64,000 bases of DNA from Polyangiaceae bacterium (GCA_050287085.1 JBNKBE010000003.1:111350-175349), one strand, 5' to 3'; numbered from the stretch's first letter, positions 48,113-57,964 are shown. Made by a program: numbers and translations. Notes: generated by a model not told the origin, from the sequence alone.

Positions 48113-49237
48113 GTGCCGATGGATTGTGAGAAGTTCGACAACATCGTCATGGATCTGCTCTGCGGCGAGCTGGAGGAGCTGCCTCGTGCCGCGGCCCTGC
48201 GGCACATTCAGCAGTGTAGTCGCTGTCGAACCCAACTTGCTGAATGGCGGGCAACGCGCGAGGTGGCTCAGCTGCCGCTGGTGGATCCGCCCGAGGGGCT
48301 GGCGTTGCGTATCATCAACGCGGAGCGCGAGGTCCGCCGCGAGTTGCCTCTCGGCGCGCGCATCAGCCGAGCGCTGACAATTGCAGCCGGTTACGCGATG
48401 CGACCGCAACTCGCCATGGCGGCGCTGCTGGTGTTGATGGTTGGAACCGGCCTATTGCTGCTTCGCCCGCGCCCAGGGGCCCATTCGGTGGTGCGGGTTA
48501 CCGAGCAGGGAGTGCCCGCTACCGACCAAGAGCTCGTCGTAACCCTCGAGAAGCCTGTAGCGGAGCCGGTGGCCCCAGCGGCCCCGACGGCCCCCACGGC
48601 CGAGCCAACCCACACGCCGGCGGACAAGGCTGCCAGCGCGAGCAGCGACGTCGCCACCCAGCCGGCGTCCCCCCGCATCGCTGTGGCCATTGCCGCCACG
48701 GAGGCCAAAGGCCTAACCCATGAAGAGGACGCGCCCGAGGGTGAGGCTGTCGAGCCAGAGCTGGCACTCGCCGAAGACCAGCTGTATTCGGCCGCGATGG
48801 CGTCCTTTCGAGCCGGCGACTTCACCGGTGCCTTGAATCAGTTCGACGCACTGGCCAAGGGCGGCGGGAAGAACAGCGCCGCCTCCGAGTTTTACGCAGC
48901 GCTGGCCATCGAGCGTGCCGAAAACTGTGCCGCGGCCCTACCCCGCTTCGACGCGGTCTCTGCCCGCAACCCAAGCAACGATCTCGGGCATCAAGCGACG
49001 TGGCATAGCGCCAGCTGCCGCGTCCAGCTTGGGCAGGTGAGACGGGCGACGCTGGATCTGGGCAAGCTCTCCCGAGTCCCGGCTTATGCGCGGCAGGCCA
49101 CTCAAGCCCTGGCACAATTAGGTCAGGGCGCGGGCCCCCAGCAGGCCGCCAAAGCCGCAGCGCCCCGCCCGGCCTCGGCCAAGAAGACCGCGGGCTCCGC
49201 GGAACCGGCTTCAGGCCAGGACCCTGTCGCGCCCTGA
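48113..49237 (+). CDS. Zinc-binding anti-sigma factor (zf-HC2) with TM helix and extracytoplasmic TPR-like domain
   Basis: MDC....HIQQCSRC (HxxxCxxC), one TM, Pro/Ala linker and C-terminal TPR-like helices; directly downstream of the ECF gene. Confidence 0.85.
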   Translation: MPMDCEKFDNIVMDLLCGELEELPRAAALRHIQQCSRCRTQLAEWRATREVAQLPLVDPPEGLALRIINAEREVRRELPLGARISRALTIAAGYAMRPQLAMAALLVLMVGTGLLLLRPRPGAHSVVRVTEQGVPATDQELVVTLEKPVAEPVAPAAPTAPTAEPTHTPADKAASASSDVATQPASPRIAVAIAATEAKGLTHEEDAPEGEAVEPELALAEDQLYSAAMASFRAGDFTGALNQFDALAKGGGKNSAASEFYAALAIERAENCAAALPRFDAVSARNPSNDLGHQATWHSASCRVQLGQVRRATLDLGKLSRVPAYARQATQALAQLGQGAGPQQAAKAAAPRPASAKKTAGSAEPASGQDPVAP

Positions 49238-49309
49238 GCCGGCTCGCCCGAGCGCCGGCTGGGCTACCGCGACTTCGCCTGGGCGGTTCTGGCCTGGGTC
49301 GCGACCCGC

Positions 49310-51559
49310 TCAGCGCAGCGTTATGTGCCCTCCAAGCACCCGATTGTCGTCGTGCTCGCCGGCGCTGACCTCCATGCGATCGTCTCCGGAAAACAATCCG
49401 AAGTAGACCGCATAGCTCCCCGCGGGGAGATCATCATCAAGGGCGAACTCGTACTCGTCCACGATCACGTCTCCCGGTCGCCAGAGCTTCATGGGATAAC
49501 GCCCGCCCACCGTGTCGTGGTCACCGTTGAAGCGCCGCCCTCGACCGTCGATGTGTATGAAGGTCTTCCACTCTCGGGAGATTCGGCCCTTGACGCGATA
49601 CGCCATCACAAAGCGGTAGCGCTCCCCCGCCGAAAGGGTTTCGATCGGCCCGCCCTGGCTACCGTGCTCCCGAATCTCCCACCCGACCAGGTCCAGCGCC
49701 GTCCCGAAGGTTCGCGCCGTGGGATGAGCCAACGTCGGCGGCTCATCCCGCACGCAAGTGGCGAGCGGGTTATCGTTCACCATTCCCGGAGGAAGGGTAC
49801 TCACGGCCAGCAGAAGCTCCGGTGAATCTGCATCCACGACGGGTAGGAGCCGCCCCGTCTGAGACCTAAACTTGGACGTGATCTGGGCCAGGCGCTCGGA
49901 GGTGATGGCAAGCCAGCGTCGCTCCTTGTCGGGCGCTGCGAGCCAAGCGACCGCGTCGCGCTCCTGTTCGAAGCGCTGGGCGTCGCCGGCACCGTGAAAT
50001 GCGGCCAAGCTGCCACGATCTCCCATCGTGCCAAGCGGCTCTCCGGGAGCCGCGTAGCGCCGGTAGCTCTCAAATACTCCGGTCGGGGAAAGCGCCAAAG
50101 ACAACGAGGGGTACAACCCCAGATTCAGCAGACAGCCGGCGAGAAAGAAGCCCGAAGCGAATCCGAAATGGCGCTCGAAGCGACGGGCCCAAGAGCGCAC
50201 CCAAGCCACCCCATCCAGCGTGTGCCCCGCGATGGAGAGCAAAAGCGGCAACCCAACGAGGAGGGCGGCCACGAGCCACCAGCCAAACCCCTGACCACGA
50301 AGCGACTCAGGAACCTCCGCGGCAATGGTCCCAAAGGAGGAAAACGCCTTCTCCGGAAAGTTTCGGAAGTCAACCAGCAACAGCACCAGGAGCGCACTCG
50401 CGCTCAAGCCCCCCGAAAGCGAGAGGCCATGGCTCTGCTGCCAACGCTCAAGTTGTAGGGCTAATAAGATCGCAACGGCAAATCCGAAAGCGAAGGGCTG
50501 CAGCCCAGACCGCTCCCCCAACAACGAATAGACGGCCATGCCAAGCAACACGGCATACACAACCGCTCGTTCGGCGCCCTCACCCCCCGGATGCGACGCA
50601 ACCGTCTCCTCGTCTGGGCCTCGCAGGTTCCCACGCCCCGAGGAGAGGGCGGCGCCAAGCGCGGCCGGCAGCAGAAGGCTCCACGGAAAGAAGCCATGGC
50701 CGAGATAGTGCATCACCTGATCATGGGTCCAGAACTTCTTCCCCAACGACACGCTTGCCCCCGCTAGACGAGACATGCGCTCCCCATCTCCCCACAGCGG
50801 CATTAGGCCTGCAATCCCCCATAGGCAGGCCATCACGAGCAAGCCCCCGCCCAGCCGTTTTTGCCAAGCAGCGGGCTCCCGCAGTGCCGCGAGTCCAACC
50901 GGAGCCAGGGGCAAGAAGATCCCCACACAAGTCCCGCGCGTGCCGGATGCGCAGGCGAGCGCAAGGAGCGCGCAACCGAGGATTGCCCCACGGGCCCGCC
51001 TCGAAGGGGGCGGAGCAAAACACAGAACCGCCAGCGAGAGAAACCCGGCACTGCACCCCAAGAAGGCGAAGGCATCGCCAAAAACGCCCCGGAACGGCAA
51101 GACCAGAGCGGGAGTCGACAGGACTACCGCCACCACTAGCCGCGCTGCCCGCTCGCCCCATAGCGCCCGGGCGCCAAGGTAGTTGACGACCACAAACGCG
51201 ATCCCAACCAATACGAAGGACGCCCGGATCGCCCCCACGCTGAGGCCCAACACCCTGAGCACCACCGCAGCAACCATCACGGGCAGATCCCCCCGCCCCC
51301 ACTCTTCCAAGGTGGGAAGCTCGTTGTCAGCCCCCTCCAAGCGAAACGCCTCCCCCGCCCCGAGCCAGTTCAAGGCAACACGGCGCGCGGCATCCGCCAG
51401 CGGTAGTTCTTGAGCCTCCCAAAGGCCTCCTAGCAATGCCGGCAGCATCACGACCAGCGCCGCTAGCCCCACCAAGAGCCCAGGTGGGAGCCGGCCCAGA
51501 CCAGTGCCTCGCTCTTTTCTAGGGGCGCTCGCCCGGTGAACGTCTACGTCTTGACCCAT
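49310..51559 (-). CDS. GT-C fold glycosyltransferase (ArnT/PMT, family 39-like) with C-terminal extracytoplasmic beta domain
   Basis: 'GLWEAQE' first loop, more than 10 TM segments, FFPWS; C-terminal FIHIDG....GDH...W.PGD.IVD...G.Y....GLF. Start set at ATG 51559. Confidence 0.7.
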   Translation of the reverse strand: MGQDVDVHRASAPRKERGTGLGRLPPGLLVGLAALVVMLPALLGGLWEAQELPLADAARRVALNWLGAGEAFRLEGADNELPTLEEWGRGDLPVMVAAVVLRVLGLSVGAIRASFVLVGIAFVVVNYLGARALWGERAARLVVAVVLSTPALVLPFRGVFGDAFAFLGCSAGFLSLAVLCFAPPPSRRARGAILGCALLALACASGTRGTCVGIFLPLAPVGLAALREPAAWQKRLGGGLLVMACLWGIAGLMPLWGDGERMSRLAGASVSLGKKFWTHDQVMHYLGHGFFPWSLLLPAALGAALSSGRGNLRGPDEETVASHPGGEGAERAVVYAVLLGMAVYSLLGERSGLQPFAFGFAVAILLALQLERWQQSHGLSLSGGLSASALLVLLLVDFRNFPEKAFSSFGTIAAEVPESLRGQGFGWWLVAALLVGLPLLLSIAGHTLDGVAWVRSWARRFERHFGFASGFFLAGCLLNLGLYPSLSLALSPTGVFESYRRYAAPGEPLGTMGDRGSLAAFHGAGDAQRFEQERDAVAWLAAPDKERRWLAITSERLAQITSKFRSQTGRLLPVVDADSPELLLAVSTLPPGMVNDNPLATCVRDEPPTLAHPTARTFGTALDLVGWEIREHGSQGGPIETLSAGERYRFVMAYRVKGRISREWKTFIHIDGRGRRFNGDHDTVGGRYPMKLWRPGDVIVDEYEFALDDDLPAGSYAVYFGLFSGDDRMEVSAGEHDDNRVLGGHITLR

Positions 51560-51634
51560 TCGAGGCGCGGACCCTAGCAGAGGGACCCCGCCCGCAACAG
51601 CCCTGGCCTGCGCCTGCCAGAACCAGGGCAAGAC

Positions 51635-51961
51635 CTACACGCGCGGAAAACCGAAGGATAGCAGGCCCGTTGCCTCGTCGTAGCGAACGCCCCACATCAG
51701 CGCCTGAGGGAATAGCGTCACGTCCTCAGCCGCAAGATCGGTGGCCAAAGCGGCGGGTTCGGGACGCGCCGCCCGCCAAGTCAAACGTCCCACGCGTCTC
51801 GGGCGGGCCGAAATAAAGTACAACTCCTCGCTGCGGGGCACCGCCGCGTACATTGCGCGAGCCAAAGCGTTGTCGGTCTCCCAGCGAAACTCGGCTATCA
51901 CCTGCTCCCACGCCTCTCGGCGCGTCGCCCACAGACGGTCAGAAAGCAGTTCGATACTCAT
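51635..51961 (-). CDS. Hypothetical protein
   Basis: 108-aa ORF with GGAG upstream; protein-like composition. Confidence 0.6.
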   Translation of the reverse strand: MSIELLSDRLWATRREAWEQVIAEFRWETDNALARAMYAAVPRSEELYFISARPRRVGRLTWRAARPEPAALATDLAAEDVTLFPQALMWGVRYDEATGLLSFGFPRV

Positions 51962-52220
51962 CGCAATGGCTCCAGCTTAACTGGCCGGCTCCGGCATCGG
52001 AGACCCCAAATGGGGTCGCTATTGCTCACACTTTCTCCGGAAACGGGGCCCGCCTGTTTGTGAACGGCGCAAAACGCTTGCTCCAAAGTTAGATTGTCGC
52101 TATCCACCCGCAGCTAGGCAGTCTGACCGGCCTCCGTGCCAAGCGCTGGCTCTCTCGCCGCGACAGGACCGTCGCGGGGCGTTCTCAACTGTCGGGCGTT
52201 CTAATAAAGCCAGTAAAATT

Positions 52221-53492
52221 ATGCATTTTGGCACCGTTGCACTGGTAGGGCGCACCAACGTCGGCAAGTCGACTTTTCTCAATGCGGCCCTTGGGGAAAA
52301 GCTGACCATCGTCTCTCCTTTGCCTCAAACCACCCGGGATGAGGTGCTTGGAGTGGTGCACCGCGCAAACAGTCAGATCGCATTCACCGATACACCCGGA
52401 CTGCACCGCCCCAAAACGGAGCTCGGCCGACGGATGAATGCACGCGCGCTCGATACGGCGCGCAGCCACGACGTGGTCGTCTTCATGACCGATGTCTCCT
52501 CCCTCCAGCGTCGCGGCCAGGAGCACCGTCCCGACGCAGATCCCATTGCGCCCGACGACCGACGACTGCTCCAGGCGCTGCGGCCCGACATCCCGGTTCT
52601 GCTGGTGATCAACAAAGTCGACCAGATCAAGGACAAGCCTCGCTTGCTGCCTTTGTTGGAAGCGTTTTCGAAGCTCTTTCCGTTCCGTGCGGTCATTCCT
52701 ACCAGCGTGCGTCGGCAAGTAGGGGTCGAGCAGGTATTGCAGGAGATCGAGAAGCTACTTCCGGAGGCGGAAGCCCCGTTTGGCCCCGACGACGTCACCG
52801 ATCGCCCGGCGCATTTCTTCGTGCGCGAGTACGTGCGCGAGCAAGTGCTGCTGCAAACCGCCCGCGAAGTACCTCATGCGGTGGCGGTCACCGTCGACCG
52901 ATTCGAAGAATCACCGCGGGTCGCGGTCATCGCAGCCACCATTCACGTCGAGAAAGAAGGGCAGCGGGCGATCCTGATCGGTAAGGGTGGACAAAAGATC
53001 AAGGAGATCGGCACCGCCGCCCGCGTCGAGCTGGAAGCGCTGCTCGGAAAGACCCTGCACCTCGAGCTCTTTGTGCGGGTCACAGAGCGCTGGAAGGACG
53101 TGCCTAGGCAGCTGAGTGAAATGGGGTATGAGGCCAGCGGCAGCCGCGAGCTCTCACACCTCTTGCCCAAAGGGCTTCCGCGCAAACGCACGGCCCGATC
53201 GCGGGCCGGAGGCCGCGTTCCGGCCCGCGGCGCTCACGGCTCGACCCGCTCAGCGTCCTCGCCAACGGGACAAGCGCCCCGCGCCAAAACAAGCGCTACG
53301 CCCGCGAAAGCCGCACCCCCGGGAGGGAAGTCCTCGCCGAAGAACGCCGCTGAGCGCGCAACCCCCAAGGCCGGTGGCGCTAGCGCCAAGGGCCCGGCGC
53401 GCAGAAGCCCGGGTAGGCCTCCCCAAGGGTCTCAACGTTCGGGCCGACCAGGGCGCAAAGCGAACCAAGTCCAGAAGGGGCGCAAGCGATGA
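52221..53492 (+). CDS. era: GTPase Era with long basic C-terminal extension
   Basis: GRTNVGKS, PQTTR, DTPG, NKVD, EVPH, ILIGKGG..IKEIG (KH domain), LELFVRV...W. Confidence 0.95.
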   Translation: MHFGTVALVGRTNVGKSTFLNAALGEKLTIVSPLPQTTRDEVLGVVHRANSQIAFTDTPGLHRPKTELGRRMNARALDTARSHDVVVFMTDVSSLQRRGQEHRPDADPIAPDDRRLLQALRPDIPVLLVINKVDQIKDKPRLLPLLEAFSKLFPFRAVIPTSVRRQVGVEQVLQEIEKLLPEAEAPFGPDDVTDRPAHFFVREYVREQVLLQTAREVPHAVAVTVDRFEESPRVAVIAATIHVEKEGQRAILIGKGGQKIKEIGTAARVELEALLGKTLHLELFVRVTERWKDVPRQLSEMGYEASGSRELSHLLPKGLPRKRTARSRAGGRVPARGAHGSTRSASSPTGQAPRAKTSATPAKAAPPGGKSSPKNAAERATPKAGGASAKGPARRSPGRPPQGSQRSGRPGRKANQVQKGRKR

Positions 53493-54832
53493 CGCCGCTG
53501 CCACTCTTGGCTCTCGTCGGACGTCCCAACGTCGGCAAGAGCACATTGTTCAATCGACTGGTTGGGAAAAAGCTCGCCATCGTTCACGACGAGCCGGGAG
53601 TCACCCGCGATCGTCACTACGCGGACGCCAGCATTTTGGGGCGCGAAGTGACCGTGATCGACACCGGCGGTTTCGACCCAACCGACATCGATCCGATGCG
53701 ACAGGGCATCGCGCGCCACGTGGAGGCCGCCATCGCCGAGGCCGACGTCATCGTCTGTGTCCTCGATGCCCTGGGACAGCCGACAGAAGCGGATCGACAG
53801 GCCGTTGGCTTGCTGCGACGAGCAGACAAACCTGTGATCTATCTGGCCAACCGGGCCGACAACGAACAGGCGGAACTCGACGCCGCGGACCTGCATCGCC
53901 TCGGGATCGACCCTTTGATCTGCGGTTCGGCGCTGCACGGGCGGCGCATGGCGCAACTTCAAGCCGCCATCGCGGACGCCTTGCCGCCAGCGAGCGAGCC
54001 AAGCGAAGAAGAAAGTGAGAAGTGGCCTCGGGTCGCCCTTCTCGGCCGCCCCAACGCGGGCAAATCTTCACTGCTCAATCATCTCTGTGGCGCTGAGCGT
54101 TCGCTGGTAGACGACCGACCCGGCACCACCCGCGATCCCATCGACGCGCGTGTCGAGTTCGATGGCCAAACCTACTCGCTGCTGGATACCGCTGGGGTGC
54201 GGCGCCGTTCAAAGGTGCGCGAGGAAATCGAGCTCAAGAGCGTGATGCGCTCGCTCCGGTGCATCCACCGAGCTGATGTAGTGGTGTTGATGTGTGATGC
54301 GACGCGCGGCGTCGAAGACCAAGACGCCAAACTGCTGTCGCTGGCGGAGGCCCGTGGTCGCGCCCTGGTCGTGGGTCTCAACAAGAGCGACCTCCTCAGT
54401 CGCGCCGAGCTCCGCGCGGCAACCCAACAAGCCCGGGACGCGCTCCACTTTGCGCCCTGGGTGCCCGTCGTCGGTCTGAGTGCCAAGACCGGGCGGGGAG
54501 TAAAAGCATTGATGACGCAGGTCCGTCAGAGCTACGGGGAATTCACCCAGCGCGTGACGACCTCGACGCTCAATCGCTTCTTTGAAGAAGTACTAGAACA
54601 CCACCCACCGCCAACCCAAGGTGGTAAGGCGCCGCGCTTGTACTACATGACGCAGGCTCAAACGGCTCCGCCCGTATTCGTAGCGATGAGCTCTGCGCCA
54701 GACGCCATCGGTCACGCTTACAATCGCTTTGTAGTCAATCAGCTACGCGCGGCCTTTGGCTTTACATCCGTACCCGTTCGCCTCAAATTCAGAGCCCGAA
54801 GGCGTCGCGGTGACGCGGACGCAGGCGACTGA
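53489..54832 (+). CDS. der: Ribosome biogenesis GTPase Der (EngA)
   Basis: Two G domains (GRPNVGKS..GVTRD..DTGG; GRPNAGKS..GTTRD..DTAG) and a KH-like C-terminus. ATGA overlap with era. Confidence 0.96.
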   Translation: MTPLPLLALVGRPNVGKSTLFNRLVGKKLAIVHDEPGVTRDRHYADASILGREVTVIDTGGFDPTDIDPMRQGIARHVEAAIAEADVIVCVLDALGQPTEADRQAVGLLRRADKPVIYLANRADNEQAELDAADLHRLGIDPLICGSALHGRRMAQLQAAIADALPPASEPSEEESEKWPRVALLGRPNAGKSSLLNHLCGAERSLVDDRPGTTRDPIDARVEFDGQTYSLLDTAGVRRRSKVREEIELKSVMRSLRCIHRADVVVLMCDATRGVEDQDAKLLSLAEARGRALVVGLNKSDLLSRAELRAATQQARDALHFAPWVPVVGLSAKTGRGVKALMTQVRQSYGEFTQRVTTSTLNRFFEEVLEHHPPPTQGGKAPRLYYMTQAQTAPPVFVAMSSAPDAIGHAYNRFVVNQLRAAFGFTSVPVRLKFRARRRRGDADAGD

Positions 54833-54848
54833 CCTAGCGCCCTTCCCT

Positions 54849-56009
54849 TCAGTGCACCGCTGTCTGCCGGTCCTCAAAACGGGCCAGCTCCCCTTCGACC
54901 ACCGACGCGAGTTGACGCAGAGCGCTGAGCTCCCCGACCCCCGATAGCAAAGGCGGGATCAGCAGCACCGGCATCTGGCTTAGGAATGTCGTCAAGCCCC
55001 TGAGCGAAGCCGCTTCCACGCCCTCAGCTTGGCGCTCAACCTCTAGCGCAGACGCCAGCTTGTCGGACAACGGGGTTCCGAGCGCGGCAGCCAGTGCGCG
55101 CCCCTCGGACTGTCCAATCGTACGCGTCGGGCCGTGAGCAAGACGACAGCGATTGACCACCACCGCCGCCGCGTGAAGGCCCTGCTTCGATAAGGCGCTC
55201 AGGAAGTGCTCTGTGTCGGCAATGGCTGCGCGATTGGGACGCGTGACGAGCACGAAGGCAACATCAGGTTGCAAGAATCCACGGCGCAAACGCTCCGCGC
55301 GCTCACCCAATCCGCCGAAAAGCTGATTCAGTAGAGCGATCAGAGTGGCCAGTTGCTGCAGAAAGATCCCCCCGCTCAAGCGCCCCATGGCGCTGACGAC
55401 AAATGACGCGCCGCGGGCCGCAAGCCCCACCCCGGCGCGCCGCTGCCTGCGCCCCGCGGCGACGAGCGCGCTGATGAGGGGGGTGTCCAAGGCCCCTTGA
55501 AGGCGCGCCGGCCCCCGAAGAAAATCCAGAGCGTGACGACTCGGCGGAGTATCGAGCACGATCAGCGTGGCGGGGGGGAGGGCGTCGAGAAGACCCAACA
55601 CCGTCTCCATAGCCATGTAGTCTTGTGCGCCCGCCAGGTGGGTCCGCAATGCTCGAAACAATGGATGTCGCAAGAGGTCCATCGCCGCTTCGGGTGATGC
55701 CGACAAGGCTCGAACGGTGTCGTCCCAAACCTGCCCCGGCTCCATCATCTTGACCCGCAGACTCCCCCTCAGCCCCAGTTGCGCGGCGCGCTCCGGCGCT
55801 AGCGCCTGCAGCTGCGAACCGTTGGGATCCACCCCCAGGGCTTCCGCTAGCCGTTTGGCCGGATCGACGGTAAGCACCACGACGTCGCGTCCGGTCCGGG
55901 CCGCTGCGACGCTGAGGGCAGCGGCCATGCTGGTCTTGCCAACGCCCCCCGCCCCCGCGCACACGATGACTCGGCGCTTCTGCACGAGCTCAGCGAGTTG
56001 GGACATCAC
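54849..56009 (-). CDS. ArsA/Get3-like ATPase, single domain
   Basis: CAGAGGVGKT, TVDPAKRLA..LG, VLDTPPSRHALDFL, VVVNR. Confidence 0.85.
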   Translation of the reverse strand: MMSQLAELVQKRRVIVCAGAGGVGKTSMAAALSVAAARTGRDVVVLTVDPAKRLAEALGVDPNGSQLQALAPERAAQLGLRGSLRVKMMEPGQVWDDTVRALSASPEAAMDLLRHPLFRALRTHLAGAQDYMAMETVLGLLDALPPATLIVLDTPPSRHALDFLRGPARLQGALDTPLISALVAAGRRQRRAGVGLAARGASFVVSAMGRLSGGIFLQQLATLIALLNQLFGGLGERAERLRRGFLQPDVAFVLVTRPNRAAIADTEHFLSALSKQGLHAAAVVVNRCRLAHGPTRTIGQSEGRALAAALGTPLSDKLASALEVERQAEGVEAASLRGLTTFLSQMPVLLIPPLLSGVGELSALRQLASVVEGELARFEDRQTAVH

Positions 56010-56143
56010 CCAGGATCATAGGGCACCTGCCCCACAGTCACCAGGCAGGAAGCCGCTCCCAAGCTTTGCCCGGGCCGTTGGTCGACGAGACGCCCCCAAG
56101 CGCGCCTGGCGGCCGCGGCCAAGGCAGGTATGCTCGCCGAACC

Positions 56144-56905
56144 ATGACGTCCGCTCCCTCGCCGCAGCCGCCGCCGAATGGGGTGCAGACTGGATACATC
56201 GATCTGCATTGCCATTGCGTTCCCGGCGTCGACGATGGCGTGCGCACTCACGAGGAGGCCTCTGAACTGCTGCTGGGCCTCGCGAGCCTGGGCTTCGGCC
56301 AGGTCGTGGCTACGCCCCATATGCGGCCCGGGCTTTTCGACAACACCCGTGTTCAGCTGGAAGCCGCCTTCTCTGAACTGCACCCAAGCGCCCGCTGGCC
56401 GGCGCTGACCCTCGCCTGCGAACACTACTTCGATGGTGTCGTTTTTGAACGGCTACTGCAGGGCAACGGTCTGCCCTACCCCGGAGCGCGCGCGGTGCTG
56501 CTGGAGTTCTACGACTGCACCTTCGAAACCACGGTGCAGCACAGGCTGGCGCAACTGAATCGCCGCCGAATGCGCCCGGTCATCGCCCACCCTGAGCGCT
56601 ATCCCAAGCTGGCCGCATCACCCCAACACGTTGAGCGACTGCTCGACGTCGGCGCGGTATTGCTGCTCGACATCGCTAGCCTGGTCGGCCACTACGGACG
56701 GGCACCACGACGCGCCGCGGAGCGTCTGCTCGATGCCGGCTTCTACGCAGCCGCGTGCAGCGACGCACACCGTCCCCGGGACCTTCCGGTCATCGCTCAA
56801 GCGCTCGATCTGCTGGCCGCGCGCTACGGCGCCGAAGAGCAGCAGCGTCTGCTCTGTGATGGGCCCCGAGCAATTCTCGATGGCAACGACAAGGCACTGA
56901 TGTAA
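56144..56905 (+). CDS. PHP-family protein tyrosine phosphatase (CpsB/CapC/YwqE-like)
   Basis: IDLHCHCVPGVDDG, ATPH, VLLEF, IAHPERY, SDAH. Start set at ATG 56144. Confidence 0.9.
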   Translation: MTSAPSPQPPPNGVQTGYIDLHCHCVPGVDDGVRTHEEASELLLGLASLGFGQVVATPHMRPGLFDNTRVQLEAAFSELHPSARWPALTLACEHYFDGVVFERLLQGNGLPYPGARAVLLEFYDCTFETTVQHRLAQLNRRRMRPVIAHPERYPKLAASPQHVERLLDVGAVLLLDIASLVGHYGRAPRRAAERLLDAGFYAAACSDAHRPRDLPVIAQALDLLAARYGAEEQQRLLCDGPRAILDGNDKALM

Positions 56906-57964
56906 ATGACCCACCTTCGTAAGCATGGAGTTAAGCTGCTCGCATCGTGCGTTGTGGCCGCCGCTTTTGGCTGGTTGCTCGACCGCGGAGCCCTCCCGTG
57001 GCTGCCCGAGACCCAGGTGCTGCAGCAGGCCAGCGGCTGGGCGCTGCCCGCCTACCTCTCGCTCTGGACGGCTGTGCACGTGCTGCGGGCGCTCCGCTGG
57101 CACTACCTGCTACGCCCGCTGGGCCCCGTGCCCATCAAAGACATCTTGGGGACCTCTTTCATCGGCTTTGCAGCCATAGTGCTGCTGCCGCTGCGTGCCG
57201 GCGAAGTGGTGCGCCCGGCCCTCTTGCGCCGCAAGGACGGCTTGTCGGGTTGGAGCGTCATGGGCACCATCGGCGCGGAGCGGATATTTGACGGCCTCTT
57301 CTTGAGCTTGATGCTGCTGGTCGGGCTCGCCCTAAGCGAACAACTCGATCCGCTTCCCACCCGCATCGGGCAGCTGGCAATCTCGCCTGCGATAGTGCCG
57401 AGAGCCGCCACGGTCGCCTTGCTGCTCTTTGGCGCCGCCTTCGCGACCATGGCGGTATTCTTTGTCGCCCGGGCCCAAGCGTGCCGACTGGTCGCGGGTC
57501 TCATTGGCTGGGCGTCGCCCAGACTGGCGAAGTGGGTTAGCGACCGTATTGCCAAAGTCACGGACGGCCTCAACTTCCTTCCGAGCGCACGTCTCACCCT
57601 TGCCTTCACGGTCGCGACCGGCTGCTACTGGTTTCTCAATGCATGGGCAACCTGGGTGCTGGCACGCGGCGTTGGGCTGGACGCGATCACCCTCGCTCAG
57701 TGTTGTGTGGTGACGGGTGTCCTCGCTCTCGGCGTGATGGTCCCCAACAGTCCGGGCTTCTTCGGTGCCTTTCAATTCTCCGTCTACGCGGCGCTTTCTC
57801 TCTACTTTCCGGAAGACATGCTGCTGCATCGGGGTAGCGTCTTGGTCTTCTTCCTCTACGTCGGTCAAATGGTGGTGACCTTCGCGGCCGCAGCCCTTGG
57901 CCCCCTCCTGCTCAGACAGCGGTGGCGGGTGCTCACGGCCTCCCCCGCGCGGGACTCACCGTAG
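56906..57964 (+). CDS. Flippase-like membrane protein (lysylphosphatidylglycerol synthase TM / UPF0104 family)
   Basis: LRALRW, LPLRAGEVVRP, ERIFDG, PNSPGFFG. Starts immediately after the phosphatase stop. Confidence 0.85.
   Translation: MTHLRKHGVKLLASCVVAAAFGWLLDRGALPWLPETQVLQQASGWALPAYLSLWTAVHVLRALRWHYLLRPLGPVPIKDILGTSFIGFAAIVLLPLRAGEVVRPALLRRKDGLSGWSVMGTIGAERIFDGLFLSLMLLVGLALSEQLDPLPTRIGQLAISPAIVPRAATVALLLFGAAFATMAVFFVARAQACRLVAGLIGWASPRLAKWVSDRIAKVTDGLNFLPSARLTLAFTVATGCYWFLNAWATWVLARGVGLDAITLAQCCVVTGVLALGVMVPNSPGFFGAFQFSVYAALSLYFPEDMLLHRGSVLVFFLYVGQMVVTFAAAALGPLLLRQRWRVLTASPARDSP

Noticed and set aside
54849..56009. Arsenic resistance operon
   Set aside because: Single ATPase domain, no arsB/acr3/arsC/arsR/arsD nearby, and no evident metalloid-binding Cys cluster.
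56006..56425. 139-aa minus ORF as the missing ArsA partner
   Set aside because: It has no P-loop and is antisense to the PHP phosphatase.
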